The position numbers were made by a program, and so were the translations under genes. The notes under the pieces are model-generated. The model worked only from the letters and a program-made list of their open reading frames with translations. It was not told the DNA's origin and ran no database searches. This document shows, in pieces, positions 1 through 9,100 of a stretch of DNA of 42,538 nucleotides. Source of the stretch: an uncultured Methanosarcinales archaeon. Lineage in GTDB: Archaea; Nanobdellota; Nanobdellia; Woesearchaeales; JABMPP01. How positions within the stretch are numbered: the stretch's first letter is position 1; each line of letters begins with the position of its first letter. The stretch spans positions 1 to 42,538 of the forward strand of contig CAZSAD010000012.1 of the NCBI GenBank assembly GCA_964604995.1, read 5' to 3'.

Positions 1-148
1 CATTTTCTTTTTTTAACAAATTAATAATTAAAGCTAATGCATTGTTTGATTTTTCTTTTGATTCTTCTTTTATCTCTTTTCGCGTGTATTGTGCAAATGG
101 TTTCTTTGCAAATACATCAAATATTTTTAGTTGTTTTTCGGTAATCAT
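1..148 (-). CDS. 5' part of a gene running off the window edge; probable wHTH N-terminus, possibly a wHTH-nucleotidyltransferase (MNT-type) protein
   Basis: Hand translation from ATG at 148: MITEKQLKIFDVFAKKPFAQYTRKEIKEESKEKSNNALALIINLLKKEN..., open to the edge, with a GTGG SD-like motif upstream. Family assignment is by resemblance only. Confidence 0.6.
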   Translation of the reverse strand, partial: MITEKQLKIFDVFAKKPFAQYTRKEIKEESKEKSNNALALIINLLKKEN

Positions 149-162
149 ATTTAACCACTTTA

Positions 163-180
163 TTGGTTTATATAAACCAA
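163..180. promoter_or_regulatory. 18-bp perfect palindrome, candidate operator
   Basis: TTGGTTTATATAAACCAA, 15 bp upstream of the ATG at 148; a further TTGGTT half-site lies at 185-190. Confidence 0.55.
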
Positions 181-294
181 AATATTGGTTATTTATATAA
201 CTATCGGTTTTTGTTAGGGTTTCCATTTTAGACTGGTATTTTTTCAAATATACCTAAAATATTATTCCATTAATAATTAATGAAAATATGTCTT

Positions 295-338
295 TCTAGA
301 ATATAAACCTAACTTGTATTTTTCTGCAATATTTTCGA
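295..338. repeat. Intergenic repeat copy 1 (44-bp core; similarity to copy 3 extends to about 196)
   Basis: TCTAGAATATAAACCTAACTTGTATTTTTCTGCAATATTTTCGA; 41/44 identical to 1261-1304. Confidence 0.85.
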
Positions 339-368
339 ATTTTTTAAAAATTAATTTGTAAGAAGAGA

Positions 369-1205
369 TTATTTATGTTCTAATTGCTTCTTTTTAAGAG
401 ATAAATAATTCTCTTTTGAAATGATTGTTTTTCCAGTTTTTGCCTCTAATTCTTTTCTTGTGTTTTTTGCAATATTTCCGCCTTCTTTAGCAGAATGTTT
501 TAATTGATTAAAACCTTTAGAATCTTTTGCAACAGTGATATCTGTTGTTGCTTTTTCTCCAATCATTGTAAGTATTAACTCCCAATCAGTCATGTGATCT
601 CTTAAATTTTGATTTTTTCTTTGAAGATTTTTAAAAACTTTATATTCTTGAATTGTCTTTCCGAATGTAGCTTTACTAATTTCATTTGTTAATATTGCAA
701 AATCTTTTTCTTCAGCTACACCACGTATTGTCCATTCATCTGTTAATTCCTGTCTTATTGCAATTCCACGAATTCTTTTATCAATCCAATCTTTCGGATA
801 GCCTTTAAGTTCATAATATTCTTTAACCCTATTTTGAGCAAGTTCGGGATTTTCAATTTCTTGTATACGTTCATACCCTACTTTTGCAAGCCATAATTTA
901 AATGGCTCTGCTTTAGGAGAAGGAATAGATTGAATAATCCTAAACAGGGATTCAGTATTAGCACAATCAGTTAAGTAATATTTGTCATCTGTCGATACTA
1001 ATTTCAGTTGTCGACAAAATGTCGATAACTCAACATTTGATGATTCTTTTTCCCTTATTTTTAATCTATACCAATAATCCTTAGCATCTACACTTTCAGT
1101 TAATGCTGACACTATATCAACTACAGAAAAATACCATTCATTATTATACCAAATTCTTCGAATTTTCTTATCTTGAAATACTACTAATGCTTTATCTTTA
1201 TCCAT
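369..1205 (-). CDS. Bro-N domain / phage antirepressor-like DNA-binding protein
   Basis: N-terminal IRRIWYNNEWYFSVVDIV, RIIQSIPSPKAEPFKLWLAKVGYERI and QNLRDHMT motifs are typical of this family. Confidence 0.85.
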   Translation of the reverse strand: MDKDKALVVFQDKKIRRIWYNNEWYFSVVDIVSALTESVDAKDYWYRLKIREKESSNVELSTFCRQLKLVSTDDKYYLTDCANTESLFRIIQSIPSPKAEPFKLWLAKVGYERIQEIENPELAQNRVKEYYELKGYPKDWIDKRIRGIAIRQELTDEWTIRGVAEEKDFAILTNEISKATFGKTIQEYKVFKNLQRKNQNLRDHMTDWELILTMIGEKATTDITVAKDSKGFNQLKHSAKEGGNIAKNTRKELEAKTGKTIISKENYLSLKKKQLEHK

Positions 1206-1260
1206 TTAAAATACCCCATTATTCTACAATATAAATCTATCTTTAATAATGCTTTATCTC

Positions 1261-1304
1261 TCTAGAATATAAATCTAATCTGTATTTTTCTGCAATATTT
1301 TCGA
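1261..1304. repeat. Intergenic repeat copy 2
   Basis: TCTAGAATATAAATCTAATCTGTATTTTTCTGCAATATTTTCGA; a partial sub-repeat TCTACAATATAAATCTA lies at 1223-1239. Confidence 0.85.
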
Positions 1305-1322
1305 TTAAAGAAATAATCAAAT

Positions 1323-2171
1323 TTATTTTATAGGCGCTGAATTTGGGTTAGGATAAACATAAGTATCATTAAAATAATACCCAGTTATTCCATATCTATC
1401 AACAAGACAGCATCCTTGAGTATATGCTGGTGTTTGTGGAGTTTTACAATCTGCATCTGAAAACCAAGTCTGTGTGTTTAATATGATATCTCCCGAACAT
1501 CGACCCAATTCATTTGATATACCACATTCAGTAGTTTCTTTACAACTTCCTAATTGTTTATCCCAATAAGAACCTGCTGGACAGCAATGATAATCTATTG
1601 CAGGCAATTCATTATCTTTTCCATCTGAACAATATAATGGTGAAGGTGTCGGCAGTGCATTATTTGTTAGACAGCAATGATCTGATAATCCACCACAAGT
1701 ATCTAATTCACCCATACAGGTTTTATGGCAACATATTTTATAGCTATAATCAGATACATTGCCAACATGAGAATTATCTGGTCCAATCATTGAAGCAAGT
1801 ACAACCCATCCTGCATCACAGCTAGTTTGCTTAACATTGCATTCTATTGGAGAAGTTGTGTTGAATAATATTGGAGTAAGTCCAACTCCAGGATTGCTCC
1901 AAGCATGTGAATTTATTGTTCCGCCAACATAAATTACTGTTGCACCTTCATGTGTTGGATTGATTAAATCAGTTCCTTTACAACATGAAAAATATTGTGC
2001 ACCAGGAGCATTCCATTCACCAATATGTGAATTTGTTGGTCCCATTAAAGAAAATACAGGAAACCATCCTGACTCATAGCAATTTGTCCTAACATTACAT
2101 TCCATTTGCAATCCTAAAGTAAAAGGAATAGCTAAAGCAAATGCAAGCATTAGTAAAATCAGTTTTCTCAT
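1323..2171 (-). CDS. Secreted cysteine-rich protein with internal NSH repeats
   Basis: Signal peptide MRKLILLMLAFALAIPFTLG; three G-x-x-N-S-H motifs; many CC doublets; GAGG SD. Confidence 0.75.
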   Translation of the reverse strand: MRKLILLMLAFALAIPFTLGLQMECNVRTNCYESGWFPVFSLMGPTNSHIGEWNAPGAQYFSCCKGTDLINPTHEGATVIYVGGTINSHAWSNPGVGLTPILFNTTSPIECNVKQTSCDAGWVVLASMIGPDNSHVGNVSDYSYKICCHKTCMGELDTCGGLSDHCCLTNNALPTPSPLYCSDGKDNELPAIDYHCCPAGSYWDKQLGSCKETTECGISNELGRCSGDIILNTQTWFSDADCKTPQTPAYTQGCCLVDRYGITGYYFNDTYVYPNPNSAPIK

Positions 2172-2257
2172 AATTATCCTCTTTTATTCAATCTATCTCT
2201 TTTAGGGTATATAAATTTTATTGCACTAAAATTGATAAATACAATAAACTTCAAATT

Positions 2258-2599
2258 TTAATAATTAAATCTCTTTTCATATTCTTTATGATTAAACCAT
2301 TCTAAAATCACATTTAAAATCATAACTTCATTTGTTTGGATTGTATAAATCAATCTCCATCCTTGTGGCAAATCGTACTTCCATAAATTGGTGATTTCAT
2401 ATTTTTTAATATATTCATTTGGCCATAATCTTTTAGGTATTTTTATTCCACACAAAGGACTATTTTTTAAATCTTTAATTGCATTATTGATAAAATTATA
2501 AAGCTTCATATCGTCAAATTTTTCCCCTTTTAACTTCTCAAATTCTTTTTCCAACTTTTTATTTTTGAAAGTTACATAAATCAGCTTTTTAGAATTCAT
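2258..2599 (-). CDS. RelE/YoeB-superfamily type II toxin
   Basis: 113 aa, basic; NLWKYDLPQGWRLIYTI and terminal HKEYEKRFNY; overlaps the upstream gene (ATGA). Confidence 0.7.
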   Translation of the reverse strand: MNSKKLIYVTFKNKKLEKEFEKLKGEKFDDMKLYNFINNAIKDLKNSPLCGIKIPKRLWPNEYIKKYEITNLWKYDLPQGWRLIYTIQTNEVMILNVILEWFNHKEYEKRFNY

Positions 2600-2862
2600 C
2601 TTAAATTTACCCCACTAGAAAGTAATTTTCTTATTTTTTTAGGATTATATGTCCAAATAACACATCCTTCTTTATCTATTATTATTTTTCCAGACTCCTC
2701 TAAATAACAAAGTATTGTTTGGAATGTCTGGTACATCATTTTCTTAGGCAGTTTTTTCCATAATTGGTATTTGCCATATTCCTGACTGTATTTTTGTATG
2801 AGTTTTTCTACCATAATTACAGATTCTAATGTTGGACTGTGCATAATATTGGTTTTTACCAT
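2596..2862 (-). CDS. Putative wHTH antitoxin/regulator (start revised to ATG 2862)
   Basis: MVKTNIMHSPTLESVIMVEK...LEESGKIIIDK; TATA (TTATAAATA) about 25 nt upstream suggests a leaderless start; the longer ORF-track N-terminus lies inside the intergenic repeat. Confidence 0.65.
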   Translation of the reverse strand: MVKTNIMHSPTLESVIMVEKLIQKYSQEYGKYQLWKKLPKKMMYQTFQTILCYLEESGKIIIDKEGCVIWTYNPKKIRKLLSSGVNLR

Positions 2863-2994
2863 ATTATATAAGTATATATAACAATCAGTATTTATAACTT
2901 TTGATTTTTGCCTAGGCACTCCTCCAAAATTTTGTATTTTTCCAAATATATTTAAAGCATTATTTCTATCAATCATAGATGAAAATACATGTTT

Positions 2995-3038
2995 TCTAAA
3001 ATATAAATCTACCCCATATTATTTCGCAATATTTTCGA
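2995..3038. repeat. Intergenic repeat copy 3 (similarity to copy 1 extends to about 2893)
   Basis: TCTAAAATATAAATCTACCCCATATTATTTCGCAATATTTTCGA; 36/44 identical to copy 2. Confidence 0.75.
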
Positions 3039-3113
3039 AAAATTACCCCCATCTTTATAATTTTTTTAGAAAATGAAAATAATTATAAAGTTTAAAATAC
3101 TAAACTTAAAATT

Positions 3114-3527
3114 ATGAAAAAAACAGTAAAAAGTTCAAAGAAGAAGGATAAAATTCAAAAGGTTAGTAGATTTATTTATTGGACACCAAGAATTGTATCA
3201 ATAATATTTATTTGCTTTGTAGCTTTATTCTCGCTTGATATTTTTGATATGAAATTAGATTTTTGGGGAACAGTTTTAGGATTATTAATGCATAATATTC
3301 CAACATTAATATTAATTGCTGTATTAATTATTGCTTGGAAATATGAGTGGGTTGGAGGAGTTGCTTTTATTCTTGCAGGGATCTTATATATTGCAGGCAT
3401 TTTGATAACAATTATGAAAAATGGTTTTAAATGGTATTATTTATCTTGGGCCATAGAAATTTCAGGAATGGCATTTCTTATAGGAATTTTATTTTTTATA
3501 AATTGGAATAAAAAAAGAAAGAATTAA
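3114..3527 (+). CDS. Small integral membrane protein (about 4 TM), uncharacterised
   Basis: Four hydrophobic segments; WTPRI, FSLDIF and LLMHNIP motifs. Confidence 0.75.
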   Translation: MKKTVKSSKKKDKIQKVSRFIYWTPRIVSIIFICFVALFSLDIFDMKLDFWGTVLGLLMHNIPTLILIAVLIIAWKYEWVGGVAFILAGILYIAGILITIMKNGFKWYYLSWAIEISGMAFLIGILFFINWNKKRKN

Positions 3528-3550
3528 AGTTGTATTAATTTCATAGGATT

Positions 3551-5608
3551 TTACATTTTTCCCATTGTTGAAAAAGAGAAGGATTCTTTGCCTTTTGCTT
3601 CTGATTTAGCAAGTTTTTCATCTTTTTGTGCTTCTGTAGCTGTTGCAAGAACAGTTTTTCCAAGGTCTTGCGCTGTATTTAACATTTCATTTCTCTTCTT
3701 GCTGTAAGCTTCAATAATGCCATTTAATATTTTAAGTACTCTTGCTTGCGTTACTTCAGTATTATTAAAATCATCTTCTAAATGACCAATATGCTTTTGC
3801 ATTTCTTTTTCTGCTTCAACCATATCATTATAAGCTTTTTTGAATAAAGTTTTTATTTTTTCTCCTTGTGCTACTTCATGCCTAATAACTAATTGGTCAT
3901 TTTGTGCTCTTAAAAATTCTTTTTTCATATCTGTAGTAATTTCTTGTGCATTCATGAATTGCACAATCATTTGATCTAAACCTTGAAATGATTGAACAAT
4001 CCTATAATATGCTCTTGCCTGCATTTGAAGACTATCTTCAGCTTGATTGGCTTTTTTTAGAAGCTCAATCATTGAAACCATAAAAGGATAAACTCCTTCC
4101 TTTTTTGACAAATCCCCTTTTTCAAATCGAATTGTCATACCTTTCATACTTTTTAACTCACTAAATACTGTAGAAATCATAATTGAAGTATTGGTTCCAA
4201 AAACTGCAAGTTTTGCTGGATTAGTTATTTTATTATTTTTTAGAGCATTTGATGAATTTATTACATTATTGGTTTGTTTTATGTAGGATGATAAACTTTT
4301 ATCAAACTCTTTACTCCAATTGTTATTTTGACCTTCTATTCGCTCGACATCAGCTTCCTGGTCCATGACATATTTTAAATCTTGTTTTACTTTTAATAAT
4401 GCTTGTTTTTGAGTCGCAAGAACTTTTTTTAACTCAGAGTTAATAGACATCAAAGAATTTGATTGTTCTTGTTCTTTTTTTAATTCTTCATCCCATCTTT
4501 TTAGCTGTTTATTGATATCATCAATAGCAGCTTGCTGGTTACCCATTTTTCTTAGTTCATTAATCTGCGTTGCCATTTTGGCTCTTTCTTCTTGCCAAGT
4601 TTTTTTGAGTTCTGCCATGTATTGCAATAAATTGTTTACTTCTTTGCTTTCCACTTTTGAGAGTTTATTTTCAAATTTTTGAGTTGCTGCATTTAGTTTT
4701 TGAGCTTCTTTAACTGACATTTTTAAAGTCTTTATGGCTTTGTCCATGAAACTTAATAATTTATCAACATGTGTATCAAAATATTTTTCTGCAGATTCAT
4801 ATTTTTCAAGGCCTTGCATTGTTGCATCGAGAACTTGACCAAAATATTGTGTTACTCTCTCATCGACTCTATTTCCTTTCAAATCAACATGGTCTAAGAT
4901 ATTAGCATAGTTTTCAATTGCTTTAGTTATTGCCTCACTTTTTTCTTCAATTGTAACTTCATCTTTCATAAAAATTTCAAGATTTGAAGATAATAAATCT
5001 GCTTCTGCTGCAATAGATGCCATATGAAATTGTTCAGATGCATTGTCTCTTACTTCTGTGTCTAAATCTTCTTCAACTTTTGCTACAGTTTTTTCTTCTT
5101 TTTTCTCTTCTTTGGTTCCTTTTGTATGTTTTTCGTCTTTTTCATCTTGATGAATTTGTTTTGTTTCTTGGTTGATTATTTTATCTTCTTGATTAGGATT
5201 CAAACCTGCTTGCTTTTGAAATTGTTTTTCGTCATGAGACCCGTAAACTTTTAAATCTCCTTTATGTTTAAAAAAATAAATTCCCATTCCAACTAACATT
5301 AAGATCATTATGGAAGTTGTTGCATTTCCAAACCATATAAGACTTGAACCTGCAACTCCCATAGATAACAAGAACATGGCCACTGCTGTTTTAGCAGTGC
5401 CGTCACCACTCATAAATTTTTTTCCCTCAAAAATGAATACTGTAGCTAGAAATATTACCCAGATAGTTATCCAAATATCAAAACCTGGTAATTTAGATAA
5501 ATCTGCCCTTATAGTGCCATTAGGACCTGAGGCGGCCATTACACTATCAGTTGCAGAATTCCACATTTTTGTTGCAGATATACTTTGCAAACTATTTAAA
5601 ACTCCCAT
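3551..5608 (-). CDS. Membrane-anchored long coiled-coil protein
   Basis: About 3 N-terminal TM segments followed by about 550 aa of K/E/Q-rich helical sequence; no catalytic motif seen. Confidence 0.75.
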   Translation of the reverse strand: MGVLNSLQSISATKMWNSATDSVMAASGPNGTIRADLSKLPGFDIWITIWVIFLATVFIFEGKKFMSGDGTAKTAVAMFLLSMGVAGSSLIWFGNATTSIMILMLVGMGIYFFKHKGDLKVYGSHDEKQFQKQAGLNPNQEDKIINQETKQIHQDEKDEKHTKGTKEEKKEEKTVAKVEEDLDTEVRDNASEQFHMASIAAEADLLSSNLEIFMKDEVTIEEKSEAITKAIENYANILDHVDLKGNRVDERVTQYFGQVLDATMQGLEKYESAEKYFDTHVDKLLSFMDKAIKTLKMSVKEAQKLNAATQKFENKLSKVESKEVNNLLQYMAELKKTWQEERAKMATQINELRKMGNQQAAIDDINKQLKRWDEELKKEQEQSNSLMSINSELKKVLATQKQALLKVKQDLKYVMDQEADVERIEGQNNNWSKEFDKSLSSYIKQTNNVINSSNALKNNKITNPAKLAVFGTNTSIMISTVFSELKSMKGMTIRFEKGDLSKKEGVYPFMVSMIELLKKANQAEDSLQMQARAYYRIVQSFQGLDQMIVQFMNAQEITTDMKKEFLRAQNDQLVIRHEVAQGEKIKTLFKKAYNDMVEAEKEMQKHIGHLEDDFNNTEVTQARVLKILNGIIEAYSKKRNEMLNTAQDLGKTVLATATEAQKDEKLAKSEAKGKESFSFSTMGKM

Positions 5609-5731
5609 TATGTATGCAATTATTGTAGCATCAGTATATATTTATTTCGATTTTGAGTATTTATACAGAAATAATATGAATAGTATTAATTAGAATATTA
5701 ATTATAGAATATAAAATGGATTTTATAGAAT

Positions 5732-8700
5732 TTACACAAGTGTAATATTTGTCTCATTTTGAGTCAAATCAATAATAGTTGTTGTTTCAATACTAGAATT
5801 GGCACTAGAACTATTTGTTTGAACTATACTTGTTGAAGTATTGTTGGTTTGTATTATTTGGTATTTTGGAACAATTATTGCTTTATCATTTCCTTGCCAA
5901 TTTACTTTCCACACACTTAGTTTAAAATTATTCATTCCTTCACTGCTATGGAATAAGTCAAAATATTTAATTCCGTGTCCATCTAGGAAAAACAATCTTG
6001 TAAACATACTATCTGTTAATTCAGGCGCCATGAATAATGAAGTGTAACCATCTTGTGTAATTTGTAAAACTATACCAAATCCTGCTAAATCTTGGTCGTA
6101 TGATTTTTTAGCAATTCCTGTTGAAGTAGTATATACAATATTATTTGGCCTTTTTACTCCTTGAGGAGTATTTATGAATGTATCCATATCAGTAGTATTG
6201 ATTTCTACAGGCAATTGCTGAATTGTGCATACAACAACTGTTGAATTTGATTTTGGTAAGCATGGCGTTTCACTTTGCATATAACTTGGCCATGGAGCAA
6301 TCCATGCATTAACATCATTATCAGTTTTCAAGTTTCTAATCTCTTTAACATATTGTGTTGAAACTTCTTTTGATAAGTTAAATTCAGCCATGATTTGTTG
6401 GATTGCTTTTGATTCTGAACCAGTACCATCATAAGTTGAGTGCATATAGGATTTATCAAAATCCCAACTGCCAAAATGTGCCCAAACTCCGCCTTTACCT
6501 ACCATATCTTCACTAGTAATAAAATAATTTTCTGGAGCATTGCAATGACTATATTGCAATACATTTTCAGATTCATCATTTGAAAAACTTGCATCATTTA
6601 AGATTTTCTTTGCACTACTTTTATCAACAAGAAGCATTTTATTTAGTAAATTAATGGATTTAGGGATATCCTTTAATTTATTATTAATTGCATCGAATGC
6701 ATTATTGCCACCGCAGTCTAACATTTGAAGTATTCCTCTTGCTTCATTTTCATCAGATGTTAAAAGTGCTTTTCCAAGCCAATGAAGCTGAGGACTATTT
6801 TGTGAAGAACCATCCAGTGTTACTCTTCTATCTGCAAAATATTTAAACCAATGTCCAAAATCCCACCATGAATTTATGATAGCATCTGGTTTTGAATCCT
6901 CTTTAATTTTTGTTAAAGCATCATACCATTGATCATTGACATTTGGGATGTAGCTTTTGGCTGTTGCAAATCCACCTTGTACTTGATTTACAAGAGGATA
7001 AGCCAAAACTAAAAATACAATAAATGATACAATAAAATGTTTGACATCGAATGCTTTTTCAAATATTTTTAATATGGAATCATATAAAAATCCAAGAGAG
7101 ATACCAACACCTATTCCAATTGGTGGAACAAGTAAAAGTGAAAATCTTACTCCTTTTAGTGCTGCATAAATTGATGCTGCTCCCCACAAAAAGAACATGA
7201 CTGCAAGTTTTAAATCCAAATCTTCATCAGATTTGTATGCTAAATAAGAGCCTAAAATGAAGGGAATAAAAAATAGTATTAAATAAGCCATTGGACCAAG
7301 ACTTGTTCCACTAGTTGTACCAACAAGATAATAAATAATTGATAATGCAAGTAAAAAAAGAACAATATTTTTCTTTACTCTTTTATAATTACCGAATATA
7401 ACTAAAATAAAACCAGTCATTGCAAGGAAGAATATCCATTTCCCGCCCATTTGTCCAATTATTTGTCCAAGAGAGGAAGAATTGAATTCTGCAACTGTTG
7501 TAAGCACATTTGGCCAAAGATTAGGATTTGATGCAACTTTTGTTGTAATAAACCCTAATGGACCACCGATCACTTGGGAAAGTGGACTGATGCCAATAAT
7601 TATCCAAACTGATAAAAATGTAAAAAATATAACGGGAATTAATACTGCAATCAAATCAATTGATCTTTTATTTTTAATTAGTTTATTTAAATCAAATTTT
7701 TTGGATTGTGATTTTGAAATTCTATGTTCTCTTAAAACAAACACAAAATAATCAACCAAAAGTCCAAGAATAATAAAATAGAATAAATACCACCAACCTA
7801 TCCATGCAAAACTATAAGCTCCCATTGATAAACCTGCCAAAGATGCATAGATTGATTTTTTCTTCCAGCTTTGGTTAGTAAATGCTTCGAAAGCAAAAAA
7901 GATTACTAAAACAGGAAAGAAGATATTGTAAATATCAGTATCTGATCCTAAACTTCTTGTTAAGAAAATTGGATTTACAGATATTAAAATTGAACTGGTA
8001 AGTGCAGCTAGTGGACCAAAGGATTTTAACATCATGATAAAAACCAATGCTGCAAGAATTACTGCATAAATTGTTGGCACCATTAATTGCGCTTGCATTA
8101 ATGTTAAATCAGGATTAAAAGGTTTTAATATTTTATAAGTATAATATATTGAATAAGGATGCAAAGTTTTTGGCTGTTCTAATCTTAATGGAGCAAGAGT
8201 ATAAGTATCATAACATTTGCCATTTTCCATTACATCGCAAAGCCTACCTTTTTCATCAAGGTTTCTTGCCATTCTTAAGAAATAATAAGAATCAATGTCG
8301 CCCATGTAAGTGTAAGTGTGTGTTCCTGATTGGTAAGAGAAATATTGTTTGTACTGTGTTGAAATTGCATCAACTTGCTGCTGCATTTGCACTGTATTTT
8401 GTTTTGCAAAATCCACATAATTTTGTTCAACTAGCTGCTGGAAATTTGCATCGGGTAAATTTGGATTTTGAGATTTTATTTGTGTTGCAATTTGATTTTT
8501 GTAATAATTTTCAACACTTGATTTTGCCCAATCTTCTGTGATTGTTAAATTAATTGTCTGTGCCCTAACAAAAATTGTAAGGAAAATTGGGATTAAAATT
8601 AGAAAATATACACCATATTTAGAAATAAAATCTGTAAATTTTTTCATGCTTTCAGAGTTGATTTCTACTTCATCAGAATCCTCATCTGATTTTTCTTTTT

Positions 8701-9007
8701 TGGAATCTACTTTTTGAGTTTTCTCATTTTTATCTTCGTTGCTTGATTTAGAATGCTTTTTTGATTTGAACCAATTTTTAATTCCTGAAAAATCAATAGA
8801 AACATCATCATCAGATGAAGATTCAGTTTTGGTATCTTTTGATTTATGTTGCTGGTGTTTATCCTCTTTCAAATCAGTTTTATCAAATTTTTTGTCTTCT
8901 TTTTTATCTTCTTGTTTCTTTTTTTTGCCTTTAAAAAAATTAGTTATTTTAGAAAAATCAATAGATATTTCGTCATCATTGTCCGAAGACTGATTTTTCA
9001 CTCCCAT
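5732..9007 (-). CDS. aglB: Oligosaccharyltransferase AglB/STT3
   Basis: GDIDSYY, DTD, TVAE (TIXE-like), WWDFG and EDMVGK (DK-type) motifs; multi-TM region plus C-terminal external domain. Confidence 0.95.
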   Translation of the reverse strand: MGVKNQSSDNDDEISIDFSKITNFFKGKKKKQEDKKEDKKFDKTDLKEDKHQQHKSKDTKTESSSDDDVSIDFSGIKNWFKSKKHSKSSNEDKNEKTQKVDSKKEKSDEDSDEVEINSESMKKFTDFISKYGVYFLILIPIFLTIFVRAQTINLTITEDWAKSSVENYYKNQIATQIKSQNPNLPDANFQQLVEQNYVDFAKQNTVQMQQQVDAISTQYKQYFSYQSGTHTYTYMGDIDSYYFLRMARNLDEKGRLCDVMENGKCYDTYTLAPLRLEQPKTLHPYSIYYTYKILKPFNPDLTLMQAQLMVPTIYAVILAALVFIMMLKSFGPLAALTSSILISVNPIFLTRSLGSDTDIYNIFFPVLVIFFAFEAFTNQSWKKKSIYASLAGLSMGAYSFAWIGWWYLFYFIILGLLVDYFVFVLREHRISKSQSKKFDLNKLIKNKRSIDLIAVLIPVIFFTFLSVWIIIGISPLSQVIGGPLGFITTKVASNPNLWPNVLTTVAEFNSSSLGQIIGQMGGKWIFFLAMTGFILVIFGNYKRVKKNIVLFLLALSIIYYLVGTTSGTSLGPMAYLILFFIPFILGSYLAYKSDEDLDLKLAVMFFLWGAASIYAALKGVRFSLLLVPPIGIGVGISLGFLYDSILKIFEKAFDVKHFIVSFIVFLVLAYPLVNQVQGGFATAKSYIPNVNDQWYDALTKIKEDSKPDAIINSWWDFGHWFKYFADRRVTLDGSSQNSPQLHWLGKALLTSDENEARGILQMLDCGGNNAFDAINNKLKDIPKSINLLNKMLLVDKSSAKKILNDASFSNDESENVLQYSHCNAPENYFITSEDMVGKGGVWAHFGSWDFDKSYMHSTYDGTGSESKAIQQIMAEFNLSKEVSTQYVKEIRNLKTDNDVNAWIAPWPSYMQSETPCLPKSNSTVVVCTIQQLPVEINTTDMDTFINTPQGVKRPNNIVYTTSTGIAKKSYDQDLAGFGIVLQITQDGYTSLFMAPELTDSMFTRLFFLDGHGIKYFDLFHSSEGMNNFKLSVWKVNWQGNDKAIIVPKYQIIQTNNTSTSIVQTNSSSANSSIETTTIIDLTQNETNITLV

Positions 9008-9100
9008 TTGAACACAGATTAAACCTTATTTTATAAATCTAATCATTGCAAACTCAATTGGTGTCAATATTTTTATACTTCTACTTTTTGTTAATATAAA

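Noticed and set aside
369..1205. Prophage or provirus suggested by the Bro-N gene
   Set aside because: No integrase, capsid, terminase or replication genes in the window; standalone Bro-N genes are common.
295..3038. CRISPR array or classical attC sites
   Set aside because: Copies are about 1-1.7 kb apart with whole genes between them, there are no cas genes, and I found no clear RYYYAAC/GTTRRRY box pair.
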